64,000 nt of DNA from Candidatus Cryptobacteroides sp. (GCA_051870095.1 JBJEBN010000115.1:10000-73999), one strand, 5' to 3'; shown: positions 9,561-19,861, numbered from the stretch's first letter. A program made the numbers and translations. The notes: a model not told the origin generated them from the letters alone.

Positions 9561-10592
9561 CTATTTCACAGTCTCAACCTTGATTCCACCCTTCAGTCTT
9601 GACTGACCTCCGGTAACAACGATATCACCTTCATTGATACCTTCAAGAACCTCGAATTTCTTGCCGATTCTGCGTCCGAGCTTAACAACCCTGAAATCTA
9701 CGGTATTGTCAGCATTGAGAACATAAACGAACCTCTCGCCAGAACCGGTCTGCTTCACGACAGCCACATCCGGAATGATGACACTCTGCCTTGTGCCGAA
9801 GTTTACGGTCGCCCTTACGAACATGCCCGGACGAAGAGTCTTGTAGTTGTTAGGGACGATTACCTCTGCTGTGAAAGTCCTTGTAGTTGCATCAATCGTA
9901 GGATAGATGCGGTTCACCTTGCCACTGAACGTCATACCAGGAAGCGCATCTGCAGTGATTGACACCGAGTCACCTTTCTTCACCTTGGTGTAGTCAACCT
10001 CCGAGATGGCAATGAGCATCTTCACCGGAACGATCTGCTCAACGGTATAAAGAGGCTGGCTCATCGTGTACATGTCGCCTGCATCGTAATTTCTTGCAGT
10101 GATCACACCGTCAACCGGAGATACGAGCACTGAGTTCTCGAGAAGATTCTCGTAGTTGGTCTTGCTAACCTTGTAGGCAAGCTCGATGGCGTCAAGGTCG
10201 GATTTTGAAAGACCGCCGGCATCATAGAGACCTTTGAGTCGGTTGTATTCGATTTCATTGTTCTTCATCTGAAGCTCAATCTGGAAAAGCTGAGTCTTAT
10301 CCATCTCCGCAACAACCTGACCTTTGGTCACATAGTCACCGATTTCGACATATATCTTGCTGATTCGTCCGCCGCTCTGCGGTGCGATGTTGTTCTTTAC
10401 ATAGGCCTGTACCGTGGATGTATATACCTCTGTCTGGTCCACACCTTCAATTACTGCTGTTGCAACCTGAACTTTCGGAGTCTCTTCCTGAACGGCTGCT
10501 GTCTTCTGGCTCTTGTTCTCACCTGAATTTCCGCAAGCTGCCACAGACAGGACGGCAGCTGCAACGAGAGCATAATTCAAAATCTTTTTCAT
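9561..10592 (-). CDS. RND periplasmic adaptor (membrane fusion) lipoprotein
   Basis: Lipobox SVAAC, SPVDGVIT, LRPGMFVRA, GINEGDIVV. Confidence 0.93.
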   Translation of the reverse strand: MKKILNYALVAAAVLSVAACGNSGENKSQKTAAVQEETPKVQVATAVIEGVDQTEVYTSTVQAYVKNNIAPQSGGRISKIYVEIGDYVTKGQVVAEMDKTQLFQIELQMKNNEIEYNRLKGLYDAGGLSKSDLDAIELAYKVSKTNYENLLENSVLVSPVDGVITARNYDAGDMYTMSQPLYTVEQIVPVKMLIAISEVDYTKVKKGDSVSITADALPGMTFSGKVNRIYPTIDATTRTFTAEVIVPNNYKTLRPGMFVRATVNFGTRQSVIIPDVAVVKQTGSGERFVYVLNADNTVDFRVVKLGRRIGKKFEVLEGINEGDIVVTGGQSRLKGGIKVETVK

Positions 10593-10607
10593 CTATCTTA
10601 TTCCTTA

Positions 10608-12113
10608 TTATTCTTCAATAAAATCATGTCCGAGTGTCTGCTCCAGCTGTGCCTTTGCAACCACGAAATTGTAAATCGCCTGTGACTGCGCGAGCCTTGC
10701 CTGGGTGAGGGCAAGCTGAGCGTCGTTAAGCTCAATCAATGTTCCACGACCTACCTGATAGGATTTCTCAGCTATATCATAAGCCTTCTGGGCGGAAGCT
10801 ACGGCATCCTCGGCTGCGTAGAAGCTTTTCATATTGGTCTCCATGGTGTTGAGACTCTGCCTGATGGATATCTTCAGCTGCCTTTCGGTGTTTACGGTCT
10901 GGAGCTGAACCTGCTCGTAGGTGTTCTTTGCCTGACGAATGGCATTGTATCTCTTTCCGCCTGCAAAGATAGGAATGGAAAGGCTTAAACCTACATAAGA
11001 ATAAGGGGTCCACCTGTAGTTGCTGAACTTGAAATCGTTGGTCATCGCATTGTAGCTGAAGTTGAAGGCAGCAGACAATGTCGGGATGTTCGCATATTTC
11101 TGGAGCTTAATGTTCTGCGCAAGCTGCTCTGCCTGGATTGCAAGCTGTTTCATAGTTGTGTTGTTGGCAAGAGAGATGCTGTCATGCTGATGGATGTCAT
11201 AGAACATGTGCTCCGAATAATCCTCAAGACTTCCTGCGATGTCAATATTAAGATCAAGATCAACACCAAGAACGGCCTTCAGCTGCCAAAGTGACAGTAT
11301 GATGCTGCTCTCCGCATTGTAAACCTGAGGGATGGCATTGGCCACGGATGTCTTCGCACGGACAAGTTCGAACTCGGAGACTTTCTGGGCATCGAATTTC
11401 TTCTGGGTCTCCTCGTAGTTCCTCAGAGCATTCTCATATACCTCTTTATATACATTGAAGGCTTCCTTTGCCATCAGGGTCCCGTAATATGCGTTCTTCA
11501 CCTGTGTGACCATGTCAAGACGGGAGGCGCGGGCCTTCTCCACGGCCAGTTCCACATCAAGGCCAGAAAGCTTGATACTCTTCCAAAGCTGTGCGTTCAC
11601 CAGAGGCATAGCAGCCGTGACACCTGCGCTCCAGGTATTCCATCGGCCGACCTCAAGTCCGTTGGCCATAGGGGATTCCGATGCGCTGCCACCTTCTGTC
11701 CCTGAGCCTTCGCCGGAGCCATCACCGGAGCCATCACCGCTTCCGGCACCGCCGCCCATCGCACTCATATCAATATCCATATACATAACCTGCTTCTTGA
11801 TAGTTCTCTGGTACGCACCGGAAATATCAATCTGCGGGAAAAGGGACGCATACGTGCCTTTCTTGGCATATCCCGTCCTTTCAATCTCCTTGTCGGCTAC
11901 CTTTACCGACACATTCTCGCTCAGGGCTATCTGAAGTGCCTGATCGAGAGTGATTACCAGAGGGGTATCGGATGAATCCGCTTTCTCAAGCAGGAGGTCC
12001 ACCTCGGTCTTCGGAGCCTCTTCACCCTTCTTTGTTTTCTGCTGCGCACCAGCGGAAACAGGCGCAAGAAGGACGGCCGAAGCAATCACTGTAAATACCG
12101 CTAATTTTTTCAT
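10608..12113 (-). CDS. TolC-family outer-membrane efflux protein
   Basis: Signal peptide; ITLDQALQIAL, VKNAYY, YQVGRGTLIEL..AQ motifs; first gene of the tripartite operon. Confidence 0.92.
   Translation of the reverse strand: MKKLAVFTVIASAVLLAPVSAGAQQKTKKGEEAPKTEVDLLLEKADSSDTPLVITLDQALQIALSENVSVKVADKEIERTGYAKKGTYASLFPQIDISGAYQRTIKKQVMYMDIDMSAMGGGAGSGDGSGDGSGEGSGTEGGSASESPMANGLEVGRWNTWSAGVTAAMPLVNAQLWKSIKLSGLDVELAVEKARASRLDMVTQVKNAYYGTLMAKEAFNVYKEVYENALRNYEETQKKFDAQKVSEFELVRAKTSVANAIPQVYNAESSIILSLWQLKAVLGVDLDLNIDIAGSLEDYSEHMFYDIHQHDSISLANNTTMKQLAIQAEQLAQNIKLQKYANIPTLSAAFNFSYNAMTNDFKFSNYRWTPYSYVGLSLSIPIFAGGKRYNAIRQAKNTYEQVQLQTVNTERQLKISIRQSLNTMETNMKSFYAAEDAVASAQKAYDIAEKSYQVGRGTLIELNDAQLALTQARLAQSQAIYNFVVAKAQLEQTLGHDFIEE
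11701..11748. repeat. In-frame 12-nt tandem repeat encoding GSGD/GSGE units
   Basis: ccggagccatca x2 (11713-11736) flanked by degenerate units cctgagccttcg and ccgcttccggca. Confidence 0.75.
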
Positions 12114-12190
12114 TTTCCTTTACACTAACTGTTTATAATTTTCAAGCGGCGCATTGAGCACACATATTGTGCCAACGGCGGTGATTAGCA

Positions 12191-12223
12191 TGGTCTAAAT
12201 TTCTACATATTTGGTCCAAATTT
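12191..12223. promoter_or_regulatory. Candidate AraC-family operator: 12-bp direct repeat with 21-bp period
   Basis: tggtctaaattt (12191-12202) and tggtccaaattt (12212-12223), 11/12 identical, between the divergent tolC and araC genes. Confidence 0.55.
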
Positions 12224-12234
12224 TTATTTTTTAC

Positions 12235-12242
12235 TATCTTTG
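12235..12242 (+). promoter_or_regulatory. -7 box of araC gene
   Basis: TATCTTTG, 17 nt before the ATG at 12260. Confidence 0.55.
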
Positions 12243-12259
12243 TAGGAAAATTTCCCATT

Positions 12260-13252
12260 ATGACCAAGAAAGTAGTGGAATTCAACAATCCGGAAAGACT
12301 GTTCGGACCGGAACAGATGACAAGGTACGGATATATCGACAAAATGATATTCGCCTGCGAGATGACAGGTGACAGAAATGTCATGTATGACAATCCGCTA
12401 AAGCCGAGGAATCATATAATGTATGTCATTCTGGAGGGTAGAATGGATATAATCGTGAACGGCAATGAATTCTCGTTCGGGAAGAACAGTTTCATAAACA
12501 TGCCGGTATGGTCCGAAGTGGGAGGAATAAGCTACAGCAAAGACTTCAGGGCACTCGCAACGGCTGCAGAGGAGACAATAGTAAAAGATATATTCCAGAA
12601 CCGTAATCCTCTGCCACCTGATTTCAAGACCCTGATTGGGTTCAGCATTACTTCAGAAGCGCTCTCTGAAGATGAAACCAAGAAGATAAGCAAGGACATA
12701 AATGACATCATAACAGCCCTGTCCGACAAGGAACATCATTTTGTCGAGGAAATCAGCTATGCATATTTCTACATAATGCTGACGGACGTGGCAGACATCG
12801 TATTCAAGCGATACGGCACAGGAATACTTGTTCACACTACGGATATGAGAAGATCGGAAGGACTGCTCAAAAATTTCGTGGATTTGCTGACAGCCAACAT
12901 TGAAAAAGAGACAGAAATTGGGTTCTATGCCGAAAAACTCTGTATATCAAAGCAATATCTCGCATCCATAGTCAAGGAAAAGACCAATGCCACAATCAGT
13001 ACGGTAATGGCATCAATGAGGATGCAGGTGGCGGCAAAGCTTCTGCGTGACCCGGAACTGACGATAGAACAGATTGCTGCAAGGCTTTCATTCTCGGATC
13101 AGTCCTCTTTCGGGAAATTTTTCCGCAAACATTCCGGGATGACCCCTCGTAACTACAGGAGAAGCCTGCGCAAGACTTTGCTTACACTCAGGCCAGAGAA
13201 TCTGATGCCAATGGCAGGCAAGGACGGTCAGGAATTGAGCGACTTGGCGTAG
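12260..13252 (+). CDS. AraC-family transcriptional regulator
   Basis: C-terminal HTH: FYAEKLCISKQYLASIVK...IEQIAARLSFSDQSSFGKFFRKHSGMTPRNYR. Confidence 0.92.
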   Translation: MTKKVVEFNNPERLFGPEQMTRYGYIDKMIFACEMTGDRNVMYDNPLKPRNHIMYVILEGRMDIIVNGNEFSFGKNSFINMPVWSEVGGISYSKDFRALATAAEETIVKDIFQNRNPLPPDFKTLIGFSITSEALSEDETKKISKDINDIITALSDKEHHFVEEISYAYFYIMLTDVADIVFKRYGTGILVHTTDMRRSEGLLKNFVDLLTANIEKETEIGFYAEKLCISKQYLASIVKEKTNATISTVMASMRMQVAAKLLRDPELTIEQIAARLSFSDQSSFGKFFRKHSGMTPRNYRRSLRKTLLTLRPENLMPMAGKDGQELSDLA

Positions 13253-14109
13253 TGGGTCTCCTTGGGTTTCTGCTTCTGAGGATGAACAGCTGCTGCCGGC
13301 TGCTTCTTGATGAAGGCATAGACAAGGAAGCCTGCTCCGATGAGGATGAACGGAATGCTGAGAATCTGTCCCATATTCAGGACCATGGTCTCTTCAAAAC
13401 CGACCTGAGGTTCCTTGATGAATTCTATCAGAAAACGCATTCCGAAGAGAACCATGAAAAATATGCCGATGAATGTGCCCCTGTAAATTTTGTCAAGCTT
13501 GTAACGGTATGCCCACAGCAGCGCAAGACCGAGAAGCAGGTAGCTTAACGCCTCATAGAGCTGGGTAGGATGCTTGGGTTCAGTCTCTCCGCGAAGCTGG
13601 AAGACAAAGCCCCATGGAAGAGAGGTAACATCACCATAAATTTCTGAATTGCAAAGATTTCCAAGACGAATGAATGTGGCTGCAAAGCAGACCGCAATAC
13701 ACAGATGGTCCAGAATCCAGACAAAATCGAAATCATTCTTGCGCCCGTAATGGCGAGCGAACCAGATCATTGCCAGAAACAGTGCAATCGTACCTCCATG
13801 ACTGGCAAGTCCTCCCTTCCAAGGCATGAAGATTTCCCAGAATCCCTGCCAGCTGCCGAAATAATAATCCGGCTGATAGAAGATGCAATGTCCGAGACGC
13901 GCACCGACAATCGTACCTATGAGCAAAGTATAGAGAAGCGGGTCCAGCAGGGAAAGGGATATGCCCTCCCTCTTGAAGAACCACTTGAATATGAACCACC
14001 CGAGTATGAATCCCGAAACAAAAAGCAATGAGTACCAACGGATCGACACTGCTCCGATATGGAATATCTCCGGGTTCATGTGCCAGTTTATAAACAAAGT
14101 CTCTATCAT
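13228..14109 (-). CDS. lgt: Prolipoprotein diacylglyceryl transferase
   Basis: IRWYSLLF, GARLGHC, GGLASHGG, IRLGNLCNSEIYG, HPTQLYE, RFLIEFIKE. Confidence 0.95.
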   Translation of the reverse strand: MIETLFINWHMNPEIFHIGAVSIRWYSLLFVSGFILGWFIFKWFFKREGISLSLLDPLLYTLLIGTIVGARLGHCIFYQPDYYFGSWQGFWEIFMPWKGGLASHGGTIALFLAMIWFARHYGRKNDFDFVWILDHLCIAVCFAATFIRLGNLCNSEIYGDVTSLPWGFVFQLRGETEPKHPTQLYEALSYLLLGLALLWAYRYKLDKIYRGTFIGIFFMVLFGMRFLIEFIKEPQVGFEETMVLNMGQILSIPFILIGAGFLVYAFIKKQPAAAVHPQKQKPKETHYAKSLNS

Positions 14110-14214
14110 CGTCTCATAGTTTATCTGAATGTGACCACAAAGTCAGCCACGTCAAGCACGAAGTGCATACTTGAAACGTCCATTGATTATGGCCAGTTCC
14201 TTGGATTAAATAAA

Positions 14215-14250
14215 AAAGGGAGAGCACCCCTCAAGGCGCTTTCTCCCTTT
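14215..14250 (-). terminator. Rho-independent terminator downstream of pgk
   Basis: Hairpin aaagggagagcaccc...ggcgctttctcccttt, with A6 at 14212-14217 giving the U-tract on the minus strand. Confidence 0.7.
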
Positions 14251-14264
14251 ATTTCAATTTAGAA

Positions 14265-15518
14265 TTATTTCCTTATTGCTGCGATACCAGGGAGCTCCTT
14301 GCCCTCAAGGTACTCGAGCATTGCACCACCGCCGGTGGAAACATAGCTTACCTTGTTTGCGAAGCCCATCTGGGTAACGGCTGCTACGGAGTCGCCACCT
14401 CCGACGAGGGTGAACGCACCGTTTTCAGTTGCTTTTGCAAGCATTTCGGCAACCTTGTTGGTACCCTTTGCGAAAGCAGGAATCTCGAACACGCCTACAG
14501 GGCCGTTCCAGAGGATGGTCTTCGATTTCATGATGACATCCTCCCAGACAGCGAGCGTGCTTGGAGCAGCATCGACGCCTTCCCACTCGTCAGGTATCTG
14601 AGAGTTGAGGCAGATCTTGGTGTTGGCATCGTTGGAGAATGCGTCAGCGATTACAACCTCTTTTGAAAGATACAGTTTCACGCCTTTCTCCTCAGCTTTC
14701 TTGAGGATGTTGAGAGCGAGCTCCTGCTGGTCGTCCTCGCAGAGAGACTTTCCGATCTTTCCGCCCTGTGCCTTGATGAAGGTATAAACCATACCGCCAC
14801 CGATGATCATGTTGTCAACTGCATCGAAAAGGTGCTCGATGATGCCAATCTTGGAAGAAACCTTGGCACCGCCAATGATTGCAGTCACAGGATGCTCCGG
14901 AGTCTTGAGAACGCGGTCGATGGCCTTGATCTCGCCTTCCATCACATATCCGAACATCTTGTCCTCAGGGAAGTACTCAGCAATGAGGGCTGTTGAAGCG
15001 TGAGCGCGGTGAGCTGTACCGAAAGCGTCGTTGATATAGCAGTCAGCATAAGAAGCAAGCTTCTTCACGAAAGCCTTCTGGCTCTCCTTCACAGCTGCCT
15101 TTGCTGCCTTCTTCTCCTCGTCGGTCACATCCTCTGCAAGTCCTCTCGGCTTGCCTTCCTCCTCTGCGTAGAAACGGAGGTTTTCGAGAACGAGTGCTTC
15201 GCCCGGTTTGAGGGCTGCAACCTGCTCGTCAGCCTTCTGGCAGTCCTCTGCGAATTTCACAGGAACTCCGAGAAGCTCCTCAACACGGCCGAGGATGTGG
15301 CGGAGAGAGAATTTCTCAGTCACTCCCTTAGGACGTCCAAGGTGGGACATGATGATGAGGGAGCCGCCTTTCTCAAGAACTTTCTTGAGAGTAGGGATTG
15401 CTGCCCTGATACGGGTGTCATCAGTGATTTCCATCTTCTCATTCAATGGAACGTTGAAGTCAACCCTGACAATTGCCTTCTTGCCGGCAAAATCGTAAGT
15501 GTCAATGTGCTGTTGCAT
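14265..15518 (-). CDS. pgk: Phosphoglycerate kinase
   Basis: [62 protein letters not shown]. Confidence 0.97.
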   Translation of the reverse strand: MQQHIDTYDFAGKKAIVRVDFNVPLNEKMEITDDTRIRAAIPTLKKVLEKGGSLIIMSHLGRPKGVTEKFSLRHILGRVEELLGVPVKFAEDCQKADEQVAALKPGEALVLENLRFYAEEEGKPRGLAEDVTDEEKKAAKAAVKESQKAFVKKLASYADCYINDAFGTAHRAHASTALIAEYFPEDKMFGYVMEGEIKAIDRVLKTPEHPVTAIIGGAKVSSKIGIIEHLFDAVDNMIIGGGMVYTFIKAQGGKIGKSLCEDDQQELALNILKKAEEKGVKLYLSKEVVIADAFSNDANTKICLNSQIPDEWEGVDAAPSTLAVWEDVIMKSKTILWNGPVGVFEIPAFAKGTNKVAEMLAKATENGAFTLVGGGDSVAAVTQMGFANKVSYVSTGGGAMLEYLEGKELPGIAAIRK

Positions 15519-15580
15519 AATGCTTATGTGTTATAAAATTCTTTTAAACTCAATCTTTACCGCTACCGCGATAAATCAGG

Positions 15581-15588
15581 CAAATTTA
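15581..15588 (-). promoter_or_regulatory. -7 box upstream of pgk
   Basis: Plus strand caaattta = TAAATTTG; lies inside the 18-mer shared with 42959-42976. Confidence 0.5.
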
Positions 15589-15619
15589 GCAATTTTCGGG
15601 GAAATACAAGAATTTAGCA

Positions 15620-15627
15620 TATCTTTG
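15620..15627 (+). promoter_or_regulatory. -7 box upstream of SAM-methyltransferase gene
   Basis: TATCTTTG followed by ca; supports a start at 15685 rather than 15499. Confidence 0.55.
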
Positions 15628-15684
15628 CAGCATAAAAGGGCACCGTGTACGGTTACGGTGTCAAAAATTGAACTATCCGACAAT

Positions 15685-16620
15685 ATGATGACCATTGAAT
15701 GTCCCGGAGATTTCTGGAAAGACTATGAACTAATTGACTCCGGCAATTTTGAAAAACTTGAGAGATTCGGAAACTATGTGATGTCCCGTCCTGAGCCGAA
15801 GGCCCTGTGGGACAAATCCATGTCAGAAGGAGAATGGGACAGGCTGATGCACACCAAGTTCCGCACTGGAGCAGGATTCGGAAAGGCTGGCAAGGAAGAC
15901 AGCGGCACATGGGAGAAGCGCAAGAGAATGGACGAACAATGGTTCATCAGGTACAAGGGAGCCCAGGCCGGACTTGATTTCTCCTTGAGACTCGGACTCA
16001 CGTCATTCAAGCACGTGGGAGTCTTTCCTGAGCAGTCATCCAATTGGGAATACATCTACAGGCAGACAAGAGAACTCGTGCAGAAGGCAGAGGCAGAAGG
16101 AAAGCCGAAACCCAAGGTGCTGAACCTGTTCGCATATACGGGAGCAGCCTCGCTTGCCGCCAAGGCAGCCGGAGCCGATGTCACCCATCTCGATTCCGTC
16201 AGGCAGGTTGTTACATGGGCAAGGGGAAACATGGAGGCGAGCGGCCTTGACAACATAAGATGGATAGTTGAAGACGCTCTCAAGTTCGCCCGCAGGGAGG
16301 CCAGGCGCGGGAATGTCTATCAGGGCATCATCCTGGACCCTCCGGCATACGGCCACGGCCCCGACGGCGAGAAATGGAAGCTTGACGAATGCCTCAACGA
16401 GATGCTCAAATGCGTATCGTCCATCCTCGCCCCGACTGACAGTTTCATGGTCCTCAACCTCTATTCTAACGGCTATTCCGCCGTACTCGGAGAGACCATC
16501 GTCAGGCAGACGTTCTGCCAGAAGACCGCCTTCAAATCACTTGACAGCGGAGAGCTCGTCCTGAAGGACTCATTCGGCAAACTGCTTCCGCTGAGCATAG
16601 TGGTACGTCTGCGCAGATAG
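15685..16620 (+). CDS. Class I SAM-dependent methyltransferase (RlmI/RlmK-like)
   Basis: DYELIDSG..EKLERFG, GVFPEQ, VLNLFAYTGAASL, ILDPPAYGHG. Start revised from 15499 because that 5' extension overlaps pgk and its promoter. Confidence 0.8.
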   Translation: MMTIECPGDFWKDYELIDSGNFEKLERFGNYVMSRPEPKALWDKSMSEGEWDRLMHTKFRTGAGFGKAGKEDSGTWEKRKRMDEQWFIRYKGAQAGLDFSLRLGLTSFKHVGVFPEQSSNWEYIYRQTRELVQKAEAEGKPKPKVLNLFAYTGAASLAAKAAGADVTHLDSVRQVVTWARGNMEASGLDNIRWIVEDALKFARREARRGNVYQGIILDPPAYGHGPDGEKWKLDECLNEMLKCVSSILAPTDSFMVLNLYSNGYSAVLGETIVRQTFCQKTAFKSLDSGELVLKDSFGKLLPLSIVVRLRR

Positions 16621-16681
16621 ACAGACGGGAAGCCGGGACGAAACCAAGGATGACCAAAGCATTCTAAGTCAACCCTGTAAG

Positions 16682-19600
16682 TTACTCCTCCTCCAGGTCA
16701 AGAAGGGCGTTGAAGCGGTCCCGGATTTCTGTTCCGAAGGCTTCGTCACCATAATGGTCTGAGAGGTCGGCTGTATATTGCAGACAATTGTAGCAGGTAT
16801 CGAACTCCCGCTTGGCATAGTCATAGTGCTCGAGGAAGAATGCCGTTGACTGGAATATTTTGTCCACGAAACGGTGGGCCAGTTCGGATGCCTTTTCAGG
16901 ACAGTCGCACATATAATATGTCTCAATCATGTCTATGACCATGAACTCGTTGGAGAATCCGTAATATATGATGTCCAGCGGGAAATTCTTCTCCGGTACG
17001 CATTCCTGGCACATGTCCAGAAGCTCAACCGCCCTTTCCTTGTCACCGATCTTCAGCATTTCCTTCGCTGCATTCAGGAACAGCTGCCTCTGAGAGAGAA
17101 CCCCGCAGAATGTGTACATGTTCTGATAGTCAACGAAGTAGTCGGTCCTCTTGAGAGCATCCCATGAATATACGTTCTTAATCTTGTAATACAGTTCCTC
17201 CGGATCTGCAAATCCTATCTCCGTACTCTTCATCCTGTTCTTTACCGGTACGAACTTGTACGAAAATCCCTCATACATAAGATATTCCTTCAAGCCTACA
17301 TTGATATCGCCGCCCATGCTCAGCAGATTGATCGGACGGTCCCACTGGTAGTTGGAAAGCAGGTCGAGCATGAAAAGCTCCTGTTTGGAAAGGTAATCCT
17401 TGTCCTTAGGTATGGTCAGGACAATCTGGTCAGGAATCATGTCGGCATATTTCTCATCAAGGATGCCATACTTGAGAACATTTTCCTTATTCACAGGAAC
17501 GATGAACTTGCGTGACATTATGTAGTCAACCTTCTTGCCGCTTGTCAGCGGGAGCTTGATGTCCGGATGCTTGAAGACCTTCATGACATCGGACAGAAGA
17601 TATGCAGTATCCCTTGTGTCATAGATACATACAAAATCATTCGTGCCATAGAGATACTGGCGCTGGCCGACAGTAAGAGGGAGCGGTGCCGATTCGTTGA
17701 CCGCATATTTCATCTGGTCGATATGCCAGTCCGTGCCGAGAAGGGAGGTATTGACGATTCGTACGTCCGTACGGATTCCCTCTACCTCCTGCGCATACCA
17801 GAGAGGGAATGTGTCGTTGTCGCCGTGAGTCACCAGAATGCCGTTCGGACCTACCGAATTGAGATAGTTCCTGGCCATCTCCACTGCTGTCGCCCTGTTG
17901 CTGCGGTCGTGGTCGTCCCAGTTCTGGCATGCCATGAGCACAGGCACTCCGAGGAGGATGACCGAAACGGCGGACGCCGCACTTACCGACGCCTTTTCAC
18001 CGGCGTTCTTCCTTGCAATGATGTCGTTGATTGCTGAATATACAGCAGCAACGGCGAGGCCGATCCAGATTGAGAAGGCATAAAACGAACCTGCATAGGC
18101 GTAATCCCTTTCACGCACCTGGAAAGGAGGCTGGTTCAGATAAAGGACGATGGCGATTCCCGTCATGAAGAAAAGGAGGAAAGTAAGCCAGCATCCCCTC
18201 TTGTCGCGTCCGAACTGGAAGAACAGGCCTATGATGCCGAGCAGCAGAGGCAGGAGGAAATAATGGTTCTTGCCCTTGTTATCCTTCAGATAGTCAGGAG
18301 CATCGGACTGGTCGCCGAGGCGGACTTCGTCAATGAAAGGTATTCCGCACTCCCAGTTTCCGGCAAATATATCTCCCGGAGACGGGCTGTGTATCTCATT
18401 CTGCCTGCCGGCGAAGTTCCACATGAAATATCTCCAGTACATCCAGTTGAGCTGGTAGTCGAAGAAGAATGCCATGTTCTGCCAGAAGGTTGGCTTCTTG
18501 TGTTCAGCCCCTGCGACTTTCTTGCCTCCGCCATTCATGTAAGACTCATAGAATGCGATGTATTTCGGGTCCGAATTGCACCACATCCTCGGGAAAAGCA
18601 TCTTGCCTGATGCATCATATTTAATCTCTCCGGGGCCGTCTGCCTTGATATATTTGTCTCCCACGGGAGTCCAGTATTTGGTAGTCTCTATATCGTACGG
18701 CGCATCGAAATACTGTCCATATATAATAGGAGTGCTGCCGTACTGCTCACGGCTGAGGTAGCGGATGAGGGTGAAGGCATTGTCCGGCTGGTATTCGTTG
18801 GTAGGGGTCTTGGCGTTGGAGCGGATGATGACAATTGAGAAAAGGGAAAATCCTATCACGATGGTCGTGAAGCACAGCAGGACAGTGTTGGCCAGCACCT
18901 TTCCTTTCTTCATCGTTGCGAAAAGGCCCCAGAAGCACAGGCCGAGCAGTACCACCATGAAGAAGGCCGCTCCTGAATTGAACGGAAGTCCGAGTGTGTT
19001 CACGAAGAACAGGTCGCAATATGCCGCCGCCTTCGGAAGATACGGGATTATGCCGAAGAGCACGACTGCGAGGATGATGCAGGATATGACGAAAATCTTC
19101 ACATATTCCCAGAAAGTATAATGCCCTTCCTCCCGTTTCCTGTAATAATAAAGGAAGACGAGGGCCGGGATTGCGAGCAGGTTGAGAAGATGGATGCCGA
19201 TGGAGAGTCCCATAAGGAATGAAATCAGCACGATCCATCTGTTTGCATACGGAGTGTCAGCCTGTTCATACCATTTGGTCATGGCCCAGAACACAAGGGC
19301 AGTGAAAAGGGATGACATGGCATATACCTCGCCCTCGACCGCAGAGAACCAGAAAGTATCACTGAAGCAATATGCGAGGGCTCCTACGGCTCCGCTTCCG
19401 AATATGGCTATTGCCTGGGATACGGACCATGTTCCGTCCTGAGATGGCTTGAAAAGCCTTTTTGCAAGGAACACTATGGTCAGGTACAGGAAAAATATGG
19501 TCAGGGCTGAGCAGAGAGCGCTCATGGCATTGACTGCAACAGCGGCATGTGCTCCGTCCGTGAACAAGGTAAATATCCTTGCAAACAACTGGAACACAGG

Positions 19601-19768
19601 GTTTCCTGGAGGATGACCGACTTCGAGCTTATATGATGATGCAATGAATTCGCCGCAGTCCCAGAATGATGCTGTCGGCTCTATTGTAAGCAGATAGGTG
19701 GCTGCCGAGATTGCAAGGACCACGACGGCCACGATTCTGTTCCAAAGGTTGAATTTTCTTTTATCCAT
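16682..19768 (-). CDS. DUF2723-domain polytopic membrane glycosyltransferase (TMEM260-like, GT-C fold)
   Basis: FWDCGEFI, HPPGNP, EGEVYAMSS, RERDYAYAGSF, GDNDTFPLWY motifs; many TM segments; 1028 aa. Confidence 0.85.
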   Translation of the reverse strand: MDKRKFNLWNRIVAVVVLAISAATYLLTIEPTASFWDCGEFIASSYKLEVGHPPGNPVFQLFARIFTLFTDGAHAAVAVNAMSALCSALTIFFLYLTIVFLAKRLFKPSQDGTWSVSQAIAIFGSGAVGALAYCFSDTFWFSAVEGEVYAMSSLFTALVFWAMTKWYEQADTPYANRWIVLISFLMGLSIGIHLLNLLAIPALVFLYYYRKREEGHYTFWEYVKIFVISCIILAVVLFGIIPYLPKAAAYCDLFFVNTLGLPFNSGAAFFMVVLLGLCFWGLFATMKKGKVLANTVLLCFTTIVIGFSLFSIVIIRSNAKTPTNEYQPDNAFTLIRYLSREQYGSTPIIYGQYFDAPYDIETTKYWTPVGDKYIKADGPGEIKYDASGKMLFPRMWCNSDPKYIAFYESYMNGGGKKVAGAEHKKPTFWQNMAFFFDYQLNWMYWRYFMWNFAGRQNEIHSPSPGDIFAGNWECGIPFIDEVRLGDQSDAPDYLKDNKGKNHYFLLPLLLGIIGLFFQFGRDKRGCWLTFLLFFMTGIAIVLYLNQPPFQVRERDYAYAGSFYAFSIWIGLAVAAVYSAINDIIARKNAGEKASVSAASAVSVILLGVPVLMACQNWDDHDRSNRATAVEMARNYLNSVGPNGILVTHGDNDTFPLWYAQEVEGIRTDVRIVNTSLLGTDWHIDQMKYAVNESAPLPLTVGQRQYLYGTNDFVCIYDTRDTAYLLSDVMKVFKHPDIKLPLTSGKKVDYIMSRKFIVPVNKENVLKYGILDEKYADMIPDQIVLTIPKDKDYLSKQELFMLDLLSNYQWDRPINLLSMGGDINVGLKEYLMYEGFSYKFVPVKNRMKSTEIGFADPEELYYKIKNVYSWDALKRTDYFVDYQNMYTFCGVLSQRQLFLNAAKEMLKIGDKERAVELLDMCQECVPEKNFPLDIIYYGFSNEFMVIDMIETYYMCDCPEKASELAHRFVDKIFQSTAFFLEHYDYAKREFDTCYNCLQYTADLSDHYGDEAFGTEIRDRFNALLDLEEE

Positions 19769-19805
19769 TATTGTCGTTTTGTTCTTAATTGACTGGTCAA
19801 ACAGA

Positions 19806-19834
19806 CAAATATACGATGATAATCTCTATATTTG
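19806..19834. promoter_or_regulatory. Back-to-back divergent -7 boxes
   Basis: caaatata at 19806-19813 (minus strand, DUF2723 gene) and tatatttg at 19827-19834 (plus strand, SUI1 operon). Confidence 0.5.
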
Positions 19835-19861
19835 CAAAATAATTTCGACAGATTTCATTTT

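Noticed and set aside
14152-14174. tcaagcac-gaa-gtgc-ata-cttga hairpin upstream of lgt
   Set aside because: Single short imperfect stem with no TGTC tag and no second copy.
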